Assembly: GCF_023055435.1 (NCBI RefSeq)
Contig: NW_025963779.1
Location: forward strand, 52,576,001-52,640,000
Length of the DNA stretch: 64,000 nucleotides
DNA from: Haliotis rufescens
Taxonomy: Eukaryota
Direction of reading: 5' to 3'
The notes beneath the pieces were generated by a model that did no database searches, was not told where the DNA came from, and saw nothing but the letters and a program-made list of their open reading frames with translations. The position numbers were made by a program, and so were the translations under genes. Numbering within the stretch: position 1 is the first letter of the stretch; every line of letters begins with the position of its first letter. This document shows positions 12,984-26,410 of the stretch, one piece after another.

Positions 12984-15900
12984 CTGTGGACAATATTGAA
13001 TATGTTACACACACAGTGCATTCCAAGTACCATTTGGGTATGACATCAAATACACTGATCATTATGGCGTGAGACAAGTGAAACCCATCATCCAGGGACA
13101 GACCATCAATCTTAAACCGCTATGATAACGTGACGCTATTGTTGATGCAGTTGATTCTGAGCCAAGACATTGCTGGTCGTTCTGAACGTGCATTTTGTGC
13201 AAGTAAGCCTGACGCAACTACACNNNNNNNNNNNNNNNNNNNNNNNNNNNNNNNNNNNNNNNNNNNNNNNNNNNNNNNNNNNNNNNNNNNNNNNNNNNNN
13301 NNNNNNNNNNNNNNNNNNNNNNNNNNNNNNNNNNNNNNNNNNNNNNNNNNNNNNNNNNNNNNNNNNNNNNNNNNNNNCCGGAGTAATGCCGATTTATAGT
13401 GCTTGCACACTGAGATACCATGCCGCAGTTTCCCATGAATACCCCACTCAGACACAGTATACTGACTCCAAGCCGACCAGTCCTTGTTTTAGCACCTTAA
13501 TGCCGAGCGCCAGACAGGGTAACAACAAGTACCGTCTTTTAACGTCTTTTAATATGACGCAGCCGGCGATCGAAACCCGGACCTTCCGCTCTCCGGGCGG
13601 ACGCTCTACCACTAGACCACGGAGGCGGTTATATCATTGTGATAAATTATAGAGAAAATATACATCAACTATGACGTGCCTTAAGTCCGAGAAATCGATT
13701 AATTTCTCCAATACATCATCCTTCAAGTTAAGTTGCACAAGTGGTTGTGATGACCATGTTCTACCATATGACGTGTTCCGTTACATTGCATTAACTAGAT
13801 AGCATGACTACAGACTAACTTGTGGTATCAATTGAAATATTCACACTTTTCCTTCCTTTGAACGGTCAGGAATGCATCGTTTTAGTGTGGAATTATTACT
13901 GCATGGTTATTCACATTATAGAAACGCGTATGTATACGTGATTTTGTTGTTCTGAGTTCTCATACCTTATAAGAAAGCTTCTTAAGGAACACCAAATCTT
14001 CACCGGATAGATCCTTCAGCGAGGAATGCCTTTAATGGAGAAAGTAGATAATTGTTCACTTTGTTAAAAGCACACTCAACAACACGACACACGGGACAAA
14101 CTACTTCAGAATCGTTATCCAGTACAAACCTGTTGACCCAACAGAACGCGGAGTCACTCGTCAATTGTATCTGCCCTATTCACGTCGACATAATCACTCC
14201 GCGACATAACTCGTGAATAGGGAGTGAATAATGGCAGTCAAGTAATGTAGTTTCACAGGACAACGAAACTGGCGGCGATAACATTTATAGAGGTCTCAGA
14301 CGTTTACCAGTTCGGTGAAACCCACGAGCACGGGTATGGTGCTGACAAACCTAGAAACATAATCGGGGAGAACCGACGTTCGAACCCACAATCGTAGGTT
14401 TCTGGCGTGCCCAAGGGAAGTAACACTGCACAGCGAATTGCGGCGCCTTAGACGTCTGGGCCCCCTGATTATGTTTCTGGGTTTGTAAGCACCATACCCA
14501 TGCTCGTGGGTTTCATCAAAGTGGTAAACGTCTAAGACCCGCACTACTACGAGCTTTGCTCCACTATCAAGCTGACACGCCGTGATATAACTTAAATATA
14601 GTTCAAAGCGACGTCAAACCATACTCACTCATATATGTGGGTTTCCAATATATACTACCCATCAAAAGTTTAGACTCACCAGTGTAAATGTAGCCACTCA
14701 CTATACTCAACTGTTTCAAACCAGATAATGCCAAATATTCTAAACTTTTTACAGGTACTGTTAACACATGAACTGTTGTGGCGTAAAACCAAATCTGTAA
14801 CGGTGAAAAGATTAGAGTTTTTCGTTCATTAATTGTTAAAACTCTGTGAAATGTCGCACATTTTTAAACAAAATTCGCACCAAAACGCAGGTGTTCACAT
14901 GCACGATAATACACGTGTTTTAGCAGCAATTTGACGCGGGATACTCGTGCAATTCATCTTTATAAGGATTGCAGTTGGCTCCTCTGAGTTAGTGGAGAAA
15001 TTCTTCTTTGATGCAAGCATGGGTAGAGGGAGAAGTCTCCGTATTGAGCAACGACACCAAGCCTTGGCACTGCTACAAGATGGCAGATCACAACGGTATG
15101 TTGCCAGACGTCTTGGCGTATCCCAATAGGCAGTTTCCAACCTCTGGGTACGCTTTCAACAGACCAACTCCGTCCAGGATCGACCCAGGTCGGGTAGGTC
15201 AAGGGTAACATCAGAGCAAGATGACCGATGCGTCTTTTTGCTGTTTCTCAGTGGCAGAAACATTACAGCCACAGCAGCCAATAATGCTTTCCAACAAGCT
15301 ACAGGACGACGTGTATCTGTATCAACAATACGCCGCCGATTACGTCACTACGGACTGCGGGCACGTCGTCTAGCTGTAAGACCTCTTACACCACGCCACC
15401 GTCAGAACAGACTGGATTGGGGAAATGGACATTTACGCTGGGGTCCCCGCAGATGGGCAAGGGTACTCTTCGCGTACGAATCAAGGTTCAATGTGCATTT
15501 CAACGATGGTCGGATCCCAGTCTATGGACTTCAGGGAGAGCGGTACGCTGACGTTGCTGTTGTGGAGCATGATCGATTTGGAGGTGGATCCGTTATGGTC
15601 TGGGGAGGTATCATCGTGTCAGCTTGTTTACAACAAAATGGGGTGAATCGAATGGATTAGCGAGCATTATCGCCCGATATGAACCCCACTGAGCATGTTT
15701 GGGATCTGCTGGGACGGCGTGTTTATGCCAGAGTTCCTCCCCCTGCTAACCTTCGCCAACTTCGCAATGCATTGTTTGAGGAGTGGCAAACATTCCCCAG
15801 CGGCAGATTGAACTGTTCTTTCGTGGTATTCAACGTCGATGCAATGTCTGTGTTAGAGCCAGGGGTGGTCATACCCGTTATTAAATTTTGCAATTTCACT

Positions 15901-18900
15901 TTTGTATGGTACTAGCCAATACGGCATTCTGGTTCACTAATCATCAATGCACACGTCCTTGTGAACAAGGATATGAAGACCTAAATGAATGATTTTGTTA
16001 TTTTTTATTGGTAGCTTTCACAAATACGATTTTCTTACGAGATATAGTGAGTGGTTTCAGTGAGTCTAAACTTTTGATGGGTAGTATATATGCATCCTGC
16101 ATCACTTCGGGCTTTCCTCCCATATTAAGCTGACACGCCGTGATATATCTGGAATACTGTTAAAAACAGCGTTAAACACAACTCACTCACTCAGAAAACA
16201 TAATCAAAGTAAACCGGGATTCGAATCCACGAACATAGGCTTCTGGCACGCTTGAGGGACGCAAATCTGTTCAGTGATTAACGCCCCACATATACATTTT
16301 ACGCCCCTGTTAATTGCGATGTAAGCACCTGCTGAAGCCGGACTTCACAAGCCAGTTGTGCACGTCCTTGTTGGACCACGTGGCAGTGGCGGGTCCCCTT
16401 GCTGCGTCCACGGGTGCGGCCTTCAGAACGGCAGCGGACGTCCTCACCTCACCCTGTCGGAACATGGTACAATGGTAACCGTTATCAACTAGATATCGTT
16501 AATTTATTTCACGGCCTGGAATTCCTTTGTGATCTTCACATTTCTAGGACGTAATTTTCAGTACTTCTCTGGATAGTTTTCAGTAGTGAAGACAGAGCAG
16601 ACAATTTCATAAAAATTTCCCGAAAAATATTCATGATCCCTAACTTTTTTTGTTCAATGTATGTGCAAACATCAGTAATAGGATCTAAACAGCAATATCA
16701 GTTGAATGGAAATCAAATGCAAATCCACGGTGTTTGTCATTCAGCTTAAGTTTTAAATGGACCCACTTGTACATTATATCTTTAACAAACCCCTTTCTAG
16801 CCTTATGCAAAGCCTAGTTTGCTATTCAATTCTTCACGGTTATGATCATAACGGTCCTCTATACCCTATACACGAATTTTGTACAGAATATTTTTATATC
16901 GTATGAGAACATAAAGTGAAGTGCATCGTTTGAACCATGACTCTTGTGATTAATGGTTCAACAGAAGCACTTCACTGTATGTTCCCATATGATGCCAAGA
17001 TAAACTTACGTCAACAACATCAGCTTTAAGCCCTTTGCCCTTTTCTCCTAATTCTCTGCTCAGCTCTATCAACTTCTTATTAAAGTCATATTTTCCACTG
17101 AAGTCGAAGAAGAGTTTGGTTCCTTTTATCATCCCCAACCAACCATCTGGCTTGTACTCCCTCTGCATCAGTAAGGGGATGATAGTCTTCTGTAGCGAGA
17201 ATGCGTACTCTGCCTCTGTAGCAGAAGGGGGAATAGTACCCAGAAGGATAGAATGAGCGTGTTTAATTATTTCCAATATTTGCACACGATTTTCAATGCT
17301 GATTTGTCAATTGAAGCCATGTGACGTCACAGTACTACATTGTTTTAAAAAATACGATCTGACGTCATCCGTGGGTCATGACGTCACAAATTGATAATAT
17401 TACGTCACCTAAACCATAGGATACTTTCAGTGAAGTTAATATATAGAATTTAACATTTCATACGTATGTTCTTCATTTTCTCTCTTAAAATATAATTGAG
17501 TAATATATAGCATAACCTACTCAAAACTCGGAATTACGTATAATCAGTCCCTCGTGAATTATGTAAGTCCTTTGCCGAAGGCTCAGGATTAAAGCTTCTC
17601 ATTCACTCGGGACAGATAATCCGCAATACCGCGTAGCTGGTTAGTTAGTCTGTATATGCCAATATAAACTCCAGGGACACTTGCCAATATAATCTCCAGG
17701 GACACTTGCCAATATAAACTCCAGGGACACATGCCAAATAAACTCCAGGGACACATGCCAATATAAACTCCAGGGACACATGCCAATATAAACTCCAGGG
17801 ACACATGCCAATATAATCTCCAGGGACACTTGCCAATAGCAAAGTCACAAGATGGTGATGTCAGGATTGGCATGTGAAAGACATGTCAGAATGGACAGCA
17901 ACACACAGTACAGATTCGCGCACCTTAAAACACGGATCCATTGGTCCTAGGTTCGAATCTACGATAACGATATTTGGTCTACTAGCACCATACCATGCCC
18001 AAGGCTATACAGAAAGTGCCAAGACCTAGAACCTGCATCTATTTGGACAGTTAGTTTTCGACAAACTCAACTTGCCCATTCAATCATTCGACCTTCATAC
18101 CATTACAACAATTCGAAGCATTGGTTCACTTATATACTTACCCCATACAGTTGTTGATATGGCTATATGGCTCACATTACTACAACAGTTGTATGACAAT
18201 GTACGTAACCAAGGCTTACCTGATCTACAATTTTGGCTCTCTTTGTACCTCTCCGACATGCACACCAACACCACAGACGCATTCTGCACGGCCTCCGCCA
18301 TCGCCTGTAGCGTGGAGCCCCCCATGTTGTCCACATCCATCCAGAGCTTATAGCCGTCAGCCTTCAGTAGTTCCTTCACCTGACAGAATATATGAAAGTG
18401 TAAACACTGACACATCCCGTATTGTAACTATCAATATATACGCGGAAAGACAATATCTTTTCGATATATGATTATAAACGTGGATGTTTAACTTCTTTTT
18501 GGATATGCATTTGAAATAGCAATGCAAACTCAGCATTACTGGCAATTGTACATACACACACATTTAACAGTTATGACTTGTGATGAATAACTGTTAAATG
18601 CGGCGTTTAATCCAACTCACTCAGTAATCGTGGCGAACCTGCAATCGAACCCACGATCATAGGTCTCTAGCGTGCCCAAGGGACGCGACTCTGGGCAGAG
18701 CCTTAGACGACTGGGCCACCCGTGCCCCCTCTGGATACTTAACGTCTATTAAGTTGAACTTAGCCATTGAGCGTTCTTTCCAAGCCCTGCTGTATCCCTA
18801 ACTGAGGCAGGTGCCACCAGTAGGACGGGACGTGCTTATCCTTTTGGGGAACACCTGGTGTCCTCACAGATTTTCAGTGATCCATTTATATAAATTTCAC

Positions 18901-21900
18901 CACTATTTTGACTTTTACGCCAAACAGAATCTGTTTAAACAGATTATTCTCTGGCGTTGACGTTTACGTTGACAATGACGTTATATATTAATAAAATATA
19001 TTACGGTGCTATGCTAAGTGTCACTAGGTTATAACGACGGTGTCGTATTTCATGAGACAAAATTTAAGTATTTAGAAGAATTGTGCTCCTTAAAATTAAT
19101 TACTGTTATCTTGATTTTGGTCACTCAAACCATAAATACAAGAACATACCATGAACTTTGTCATAAACTGGTGGCAAGAGAAACTATACCACTCAGTTGT
19201 TTGATTTCCTATTGAGGTATAGTTAGCGATATTATATCCAAAACATGAACTGCGCTGGCGCTTAGTCAGCCTTCAAAGAATACTTCTACATGCATTGGTT
19301 ATATTTTTTTAAATATGATTTGATTTAAAACTTTTTTCACACATACAACATATTACACAACTCCTGTTTGGTAGCTTAGACATCTTGCCTCTGAAAATCA
19401 AAGTTTGTTCTTGTTTCGGCACGAAATTACAACATTTCAAGCATGGTTGGGGTTATGTGGTTGCAAATTCATTTCTTAACCAAATCTTCACTGAACCAAT
19501 TTATTTTTACACAAAATTACCCTTTTTCACAAACTGTTGCAGGAATGAGTGATGTTAAATAGACATCGTCAAATTACATTAAAATGAACTCGGTATTTTT
19601 TTATTTTGCCCCTCTGGTTATTTGAACGGAATTACTTAAAGAAGACTACGTTTCTTTTAATTTATGCGATCTTTATGGATATACACAATGTAGATGTAAT
19701 TACATCGTAACAATATTTATATTACCCACACGAAGAAATCGATTCCAGATTTTACCATGTTATGGATTACATACAGCGTACATAATTGAAACATCAGATT
19801 CTCCAACAGTTATCTCTACTTACCTGAAGTAGAGTCTTCTGGTCGCCCCACTGGTAACTGATCATCACGTGACCGGATATGTCCACTTGTTGTTCTTTGT
19901 TACTCTTCTTGTTTTCTGAGGGAGATAAAAGAAACCACGATCAAAGAAGTAATACTTTGTCCGAAGAATCTGCCAATACTCACAATCTTCGTAAACCTAT
20001 TTTATCGACTGAGTAACAAAACTGCACACAGTGACTTACCACTCCCATAGCCAGTACCTTTCTGCCAACGTTGTACCTCTGGCACAGGTCAACAAAATGT
20101 TTCGATTCGTCACATCTTACTCAGTCCATTCAACAAACTACTTATATTTATCATCCATTGTATTTCTAAAAAGTCGACACATTTAGATTAACATACGTCA
20201 CGAATTGGTCAATTGCTTTATAAAATATGAAACGCGAACAACTATTTCCATTTGCGTATGTTCTATTTGTTTACAATACGGTTCCATCGTATCCCTTTCG
20301 ACAGCAAACACTACGATTATTCTGATATTCCCCATCGACGTGGCTGTTGTGAGATATCTTTATAATTAAGCAAATCAATCTGTAAATCACACTAGACTTC
20401 CATTAGCAAGACCAGCTCTGATGTCGGTATACGCGCCGTTGGAAACACGAAGAGAAAAGTCTGGTCACGTGGTATACCATTGAACTTGAGGCAGTGAACT
20501 CGCGCAAAATCATCACTGCGCGAGAGTGTGAAGTACTCTCCTTTCTAGCGGAACTATCGATACACCAATATCGCGATACGGTTACGTTACGATTTCAAGC
20601 TCATGGTAGAACCGTGGTACTGATCGAGTTAAAGGTATTGTCACCTTGGCACTGTTTTAGTCAAAGAGAGCGGTCGTACCGTGATAGTAACAGTTTACCA
20701 TGGCGGGAGATTTGCCCTACTGTCACAGTGCCGCAGTAAAGTAGGAAGAGCTTTTGAGCAGTAGTGTATCCATCATACCGTCTTTCGTCTTCATCTGTAG
20801 GACCCAGAGAGCTCCTTCTGAGGCTTTAGCAACAGCGTTATCCGAGGAAGTCTTTCGCTGCTTCAGTAAATCCATTAGCTCTTTGTTTTTCTGAAAAAAG
20901 GTTAAACCAATTTAAACAATGCTCTTCTTTATTAATTATTTTATTATTTCAACTTCATCAACAGACAATTTTCAATACCATTCATATTCGTTTCTAGGTC
21001 ACGAAAGAATAATTACCATCGGTCAATACTAGATGATAGTCGACAATCAAATCAATTACATGAAATAACCACTAGTTCGTACAAATGTGTTCTTAACCTT
21101 CAAATACAGAAGCCAATTGGATTTGGATTCATAATTCTCCAGGTTAAAGAAAGTGCGTGAGCATGAATTGAGGCCGCTTGTAGCAATATTCGAGGAATGA
21201 ATGCTTTAACAACTAGGCTATAAGCCACCTTCTCCATGTTAAACGACTGGCTCAGTCGTAGTGGCCGTCCCGGCATGTTTGAAATGGGCTGATTTTCAAA
21301 TCATTGTTGACCCTAATAATACACTGATAATGACAATGCCCCGGTGAAACAAACCATCAGACAAGCGACGAATGAATGACCCAAAAATAGGGACCATGAA
21401 GTCTAGTCTCACGTCTAAAGGTATTTAAAGCACTAACACAACGATTACATTTCTTTAGTTCCCATTAAACACCAGAATGATACAAACATTAAAATCTTTT
21501 CTGTTCTCTTCGTCAAAAGCCAGTTCCCAAACACACTTGACTGCCTTCTCAATCTCCTCATCGCTGCTACTGTCCCTCAACACATTCATCAACCTCGGCA
21601 ACACGCCCTTCTTCACAAGTAGAGTCTTATTGGAATCATTCTTGGCCAACCCTGTCATTCCATCTATCACTTCTTCAACACTGAAGCCATCAAACCGATG
21701 ACTTTGATACTTCCAGGCTCGCTCCAATATAAACAAAATGAAGTCAAACACGGAATCATCGGCAAGCAGAAGGTCGTTTTGGTCTTCATCCAGCATGTTA
21801 GCGAGAGACAGCAGAACCAACAGACGTACCTCTGGAACATAAGGAAATATAGGGCTGCAACGATACACCTTATTACGATACAATATATTCAGAGAATGAC

Positions 21901-24400
21901 AAAAACTGATTATCTCTCCCAAGTGAATTAATTTTGTAAGTCCTGATTGGAGAGGACGATTAGCAAATAATCTGTTATTGATCGTAATTCTTGGTATTCT
22001 TTGTATTATCCATAGTCTGTTTTTCAGGAAAACGTGGGTTCCACTGGAGACATCGGAACATGATGGAACATCACATAAAATCGTTTTGACGTCATGAACA
22101 ATGGATGATGTCATCTTCAAAGAGTTGCGACAATGCGTTCATATGAAGTCAAGTTGATAGGGGCAAGTCTTCTTTGCATATTTGCAAACAATAAAACATT
22201 GGAACAATTGGAACGAACTTGCTAATCAGCATTAAGCGTTACTAAAATAGTTTCACCTATTGTCTGTTCTCGTATTGGTAATATTATACGATATTAAGGC
22301 TTCGATACGTTACATGAAAACTTCTAATTCCGTTTTAAATCATTAATGGCACAATTTGAGACCTAACTCAAAACATATTTAATACGTTACGGTGAACTAA
22401 TGTGAGAACTGTTTGCAAGTTCTTTAAAAATTTATATGTTCTTCTTATTTCGTTTTGTATCGTGACAAAAGTATTGATATACGCGGGTGACATTAAGGCA
22501 CTGCGGGGGAAAATATTGACACTCGCCACAGAGTAATTATGTTCTCGATGTATTTAAAGATTTTCATTCATAATTAAATCCTTTGCGTCAATATACACAT
22601 ATTTGTTATTCTTACACGTGACTCGATGTGCTGGGAGCAAATACATATAGACGGTCATTGTGGCCAAGTTTCCGTTAAGCTGTACGACTACCAAGTAACG
22701 ACAGCATTTTGTATACATTTGTATCACTAAAATAGAAACGTTAATGATTTGTAGCTAAAACTGTGGCACCAACACAGTGGAATCCAAAAAAAACCACAAA
22801 TGTTTCTAAGCAGACATTTAACATTCGTTATTAACCTATTAACATCATCTAGTTACATCAGGACAATGGTTGTGAACGAGTCAGTGTGTTGACTTTAACG
22901 CCGCTTTGAAGATCAGTTCAGTACTATAGTTGCGTCTCGGCTTCATGCGGGGTGCACATCAGATGTTTGTTTGTTATTTAACGCCGCATTCAGCAATATT
23001 CCAGCTATATGACGGCGGTCTGTAAATAATCGAGTCTGGACCAGACAACTCACTGATTGGCATCATAAGCATCGGTTTACGCAGTTGTGAAACGATGACA
23101 TACATCTACCAATTCAGCAAGCCTAACCAGCCACTTCCCGTCAGTCGCCTCTTACGACAAGCATGGGTTGCTGAAGACCTATTCTAACCCGGATATTCAC
23201 GAGTAGATGCACATCTGAGGACGCATGGCTTCACATCACATTTCGGCGCTTTAGACAATGTACTTACTTTCAGATTTGGATTTAAGGAATGGCAAGAGAA
23301 CAGACACGGTGTCCAGTTTCCTTATTGTCTGTCTGATGGCAGGATTACGTGCCGAGTTGTACAGCACTCCGATAGAACCGACGAAACAGTCGTCGGGCAC
23401 CTTAAAGAGAGTTGTGACAATTCAGACATAAGGTCTGAATCAGTTATATCATGTTTAATCTGAGAACCGTAATACTTTAAAACCTGTCAAGAATAAAAGA
23501 AAATCCATTGCATCATAATTAGGACATGTACGACTGAATTCGGATTGGATTTTTGTTATCAGTGTTCATTTTCGATTCACAAATTGTGTTTTTGCTGCAT
23601 GTACGAAAAAACAACGAATCTTTATGGCTTGGATCTCAACATGACCACATTAAAACATTTGTATTCGTGGAATTGTAAGGAGAGTCTTGGAAATGTAAAA
23701 TTGATATTTTAGAATATTAACTCGAGAGATGAAAATATTAAATCGATATTTGAGAATATAAACTCACATCATCGAAGTCTTCCAGATGTGTACGGGATTC
23801 CTTTAGATCTTCAACGAAATATTTGAAGATACCAGTGTCAGCGAGTTTTTCACAGAAATATAAACTAGAATCAGTATAGTTGAGTAGCACTGATCTCAGC
23901 ATGACGAGGAACCCGAGAGGGGCATCTGCTTGGTGAGATTCAACAGTTCTGGCAGTGAATGCTGTCAAACCCGCCTCCTCTAACGCATCTCCATATGCCT
24001 CGGCAAATGAACCAGCAGCTCTCAGCAGGGCCATGTACCTCCCCAAGACCCGCTTCTTTTTATAATGCTTAAAATAAGAAGCTTCCATGCTGGATTCGAT
24101 ACTTTCCTGGAGATCAAGCCACTGCCATGTTGACTTTTGATTCTCCTCTAGTTTCTCAATAAGTGAGTGCATTTCTTCAAACACATAGAACAGCTCGGGG
24201 TGGTCTCTCTGTAAGTCTTGGGCCGTTTTGACGTCGTCCTCGTTATTTGCTGGAAGAAGTAGATCCATGGTCTGTGTCTTGCCAGCGCCAGCGGTTGATT
24301 CAATGTTTTCCGTCCCATGTCTTGGACGTTGGGTGGAAACTGGCTGGTCTTTGTGGGTAACACTGTTTGGCTTCCTTGCAGCGCTGCTTGAACTGCCCAT
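12885..24400 (-). CDS. Paralog B: myristoylated ARM-repeat / TIR / SAM-like protein, 10 coding exons, 655 aa
   Basis: Hand-spliced join (minus): 24400-23768, 23400-23268, 21831-21488, 20890-20779, 19915-19824, 18379-18220, 17215-17010, 16453-16329, 14029-13966, 12983-12885. GT-AG introns with the same phase series as paralog C (0,1,0,1,0,1,0,2,0); 1968 nt open; starts MGSSSS. Confidence 0.88.
13224..13377. other. Assembly gap in intron 9 of paralog B
   Basis: 154 N. Confidence 1.
13966..14029 (-). CDS. Paralog B exon 9
   Basis: HSSLKDLSGEDLVFLKKLSYK|gtatga. Confidence 0.82.
14653..16086 (+). mobile_element. Degenerate Tc1 transposon in intron 8 of paralog B
   Basis: 27-bp perfect TIRs tactacccatcaaaagtttagactcac with TA flanks. 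Transposase remnant about 15019-15884 (MGRGRSLRIEQR..ESRF..GGGSVMVWGG..SPDMNPTEHVW..GGHTRY) with stops, frameshifts and loss of the QQDNA segment. Confidence 0.9.
16329..16453 (-). CDS. Paralog B exon 8 (SAM-like start)
   Basis: GEVRTSAAVLKAAPVDAARGPATATWSNKDVHNWLVKSGFS|gtgctt. Confidence 0.8.
17010..17215 (-). CDS. Paralog B exon 7 (TIR C-half)
   Basis: EAEYAFSLQKTIIPLLMQREYKPDGWLGMIKGTKLFFDFSGKYDF..|gtaagt. Confidence 0.9.
17655..17838. repeat. 25-bp minisatellite, about 7 copies
   Basis: gccaatataaactccagggacacat. Confidence 0.92.
18220..18379 (-). CDS. Paralog B exon 6 (TIR core)
   Basis: VKELLKADGYKLWMDVDNMGGSTLQAMAEAVQNASVVLVCMSERYKESQNCRS|gtaagc; 160 nt as in C. Confidence 0.9.
19824..19915 (-). 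CDS. Paralog B exon 5 (TIR box 1)
   Basis: ..ISGHVMISYQWGDQKTLLQ|gtaagt. Confidence 0.85.
20779..20890 (-). CDS. Paralog B exon 4
   Basis: KNKELMDLLKQRKTSSDNAVAKASEGALWVLQMKTKD|gtatga. Confidence 0.82.
21488..21831 (-). CDS. Paralog B exon 3 (ARM repeats)
   Basis: VRLLVLLSLANMLDED...VWELAFDEENRKDFN|gtttgt. Confidence 0.88.
23268..23400 (-). CDS. Paralog B exon 2 (ARM-like)
   Basis: VPDDCFVGSIGVLYNSARNPAIRQTIRKLDTVSVLLPFLKSKSE|gtaagt. Confidence 0.82.
23768..24400 (-). CDS. Paralog B coding exon 1
   Basis: MGSSSS start; donor GTGAGT after EDFDD. Confidence 0.85.
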
Positions 24401-26051
24401 AGTGTCGTGCTACCTTTCAATGGAAATGAAAGTTGGTACATAAACCAGTTAACTCAGCCAATACCAGCAGACAACTTCACCCATTTTCTTCCGAAAATTC
24501 ATAGTTTTAATAGATATACTTTATCTTTTGCCTTGATGATTGGTGTTGGTGACCTTTATGAACATACGAATAACCTTCCGATATAATCCGTGATTCCAAT
24601 AGCAATAATTAAACGATAGGAGTTTACTGTTTCACTTACCAGGAAACCAATACCATCTTTGCACGTTGCCAAGAAATACATAAGTATGTTTTTTAAATCA
24701 TAGGATGGCAGTTACGCGGGCATGATTTTGTTTGAATTGGAACTTTATCGAAATATGAACCGGTTCCTAAACATTTTCCTCTTGAGCTAGGCACTCTAGT
24801 GTAACGTGTTTACTTACTACCTTCAGCGTATGCGAAACGTAGTCTGCGGGGGGTTACATACTTAATCCATACCGTATACATATCGCCCCAAAGCATTCAC
24901 GGTCAGAACAAGTTCCCAGTAATCTAATAAAGTATCGTGGTAGGAGGCGACAGAGTGATATGGCTCGGTGACTGGTTGATTTCGTGTCATCGTACCCCGA
25001 CGACATGGTATGTGGCTCGTTATATCAATCAGTGGTTTGTCTAGTCCAGACTAGATCATTTTCAGGCCGCCGCAGTATAGCTGGACTATTGCTTAGTGCG
25101 GCCTTAAACAACAAACAATAAAGAAAGCTACATATCCAAGGAACGTGGCTTCACACAATATATCCTGTGACACATTATCTTCAAAGTGTGTATTGAAGTC
25201 AAATATTTCAAAACACTGGCTACTACAAAGGAAAGTCATTACCCAAATAACTTATAGATTCCATATTTGTTTCACTAAAGATCTAGATAACATATATAAT
25301 TAATATCATTTCTGTATAGCCGATTTTATCTGCAACAGTTGAGGTTGTAGTTCGGATACAGTAATAGCCGTTCCATAACCACGCACAAAACAAACACCTA
25401 CACATCGAAGCTTGATGTAATGACATATATTAACTTTACCTATGCAGGTAGACTCGCGTATGAGCTTACCTGTGCGTGTTCTTTCATGAAAAGTCGTCAG
25501 TTGAGAAGGTTATCAACGTCCTGAGCACATGTCCACCAGACATAACCCATCCCAAGCATTTTATCAACACTCTACAATGCCATGTCTTGTTTCTCAGTTA
25601 AAGAAGTAAGGCACCATGACAACATGTACACAATCGATAGCCCGAGTTCAGAGCATGAATGCGTCCCGCTCGTCTCGCATTGTGGACTGCTCCCCCTATC
25701 TGAATACTGTTTGGATTGAATTGACGATCCACACGCACGTCGGTTTCCCGTAGGTAGTCCGTGGTGTGCAATCTGTTTCCAATCAGTTTATGTGGGCCAT
25801 TGGTAATCGATAAACGACTAGTCTGGTAATGATCGGATATTGCCGATATGGATGGATGGAGAGATTGATTTAAACCGGTTTTCGTTGTACATGGATCTGA
25901 CGTGTTTTCTTGTCGACTCAGAGATGACAATTACTGCAATTGGATTTTAACGTTAAGCCCACGCGACTATTCCGAACACACGGGTGCATTGCCATTTACC
26001 CAGATGCTCAAAGTGATTAACTTTAACTCGGTTTAGGTATATCTATGTTCA

Positions 26052-26410
26052 AGTGAGTGAGTGAGTAGGTATGATTTGACTCCGCTTTTAGCAATATTCC
26101 AGCAATATCACGGCGGGCGATGGGTCCCAGAAATGGAAGCCTGTGAATATCCGGGGTAGAAAAAGTCTTCAGCAACCCATCCTTGCCGTAAAAGGCGACT
26201 AACGGGATCGGGTGGTCAGGCTTGCTGACTTGGTTTGATGCATGTCATCGATCCCAATTGCGTGGATCGATACTCATGATATCAATCATTGGATTGTCTG
26301 GTCCAGACTCGATTATTTACAGACCGCCGTCATATAGCTGGAATGTTGCTGAGTGCGGCGTTAAACAACAAACAAACACCAGAAATGAGCTTCAAACATA
26401 GTACCCATGT
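26052..26410. mobile_element. Family A element nested in a family B tRNA-SINE
   Basis: Family B 3' half on the minus strand is split by a family A copy; ccagaaatg duplicated at 26127-26135 and 26379-26387. Confidence 0.75.

Noticed and set aside
21832-22120. N-terminal half of the 221-aa ORF 21455..22120
   Set aside because: It lies upstream of the acceptor at 21832-21833 and has no counterpart in paralog C, so it is intronic read-through.
24630-25480. Non-coding 5' exons of paralog B (donor-like sites near 24639 and 25469; likewise near 42690 for paralog C)
   Set aside because: Plausible, since each first coding exon has an upstream acceptor, but the donors cannot be chosen without transcript data.
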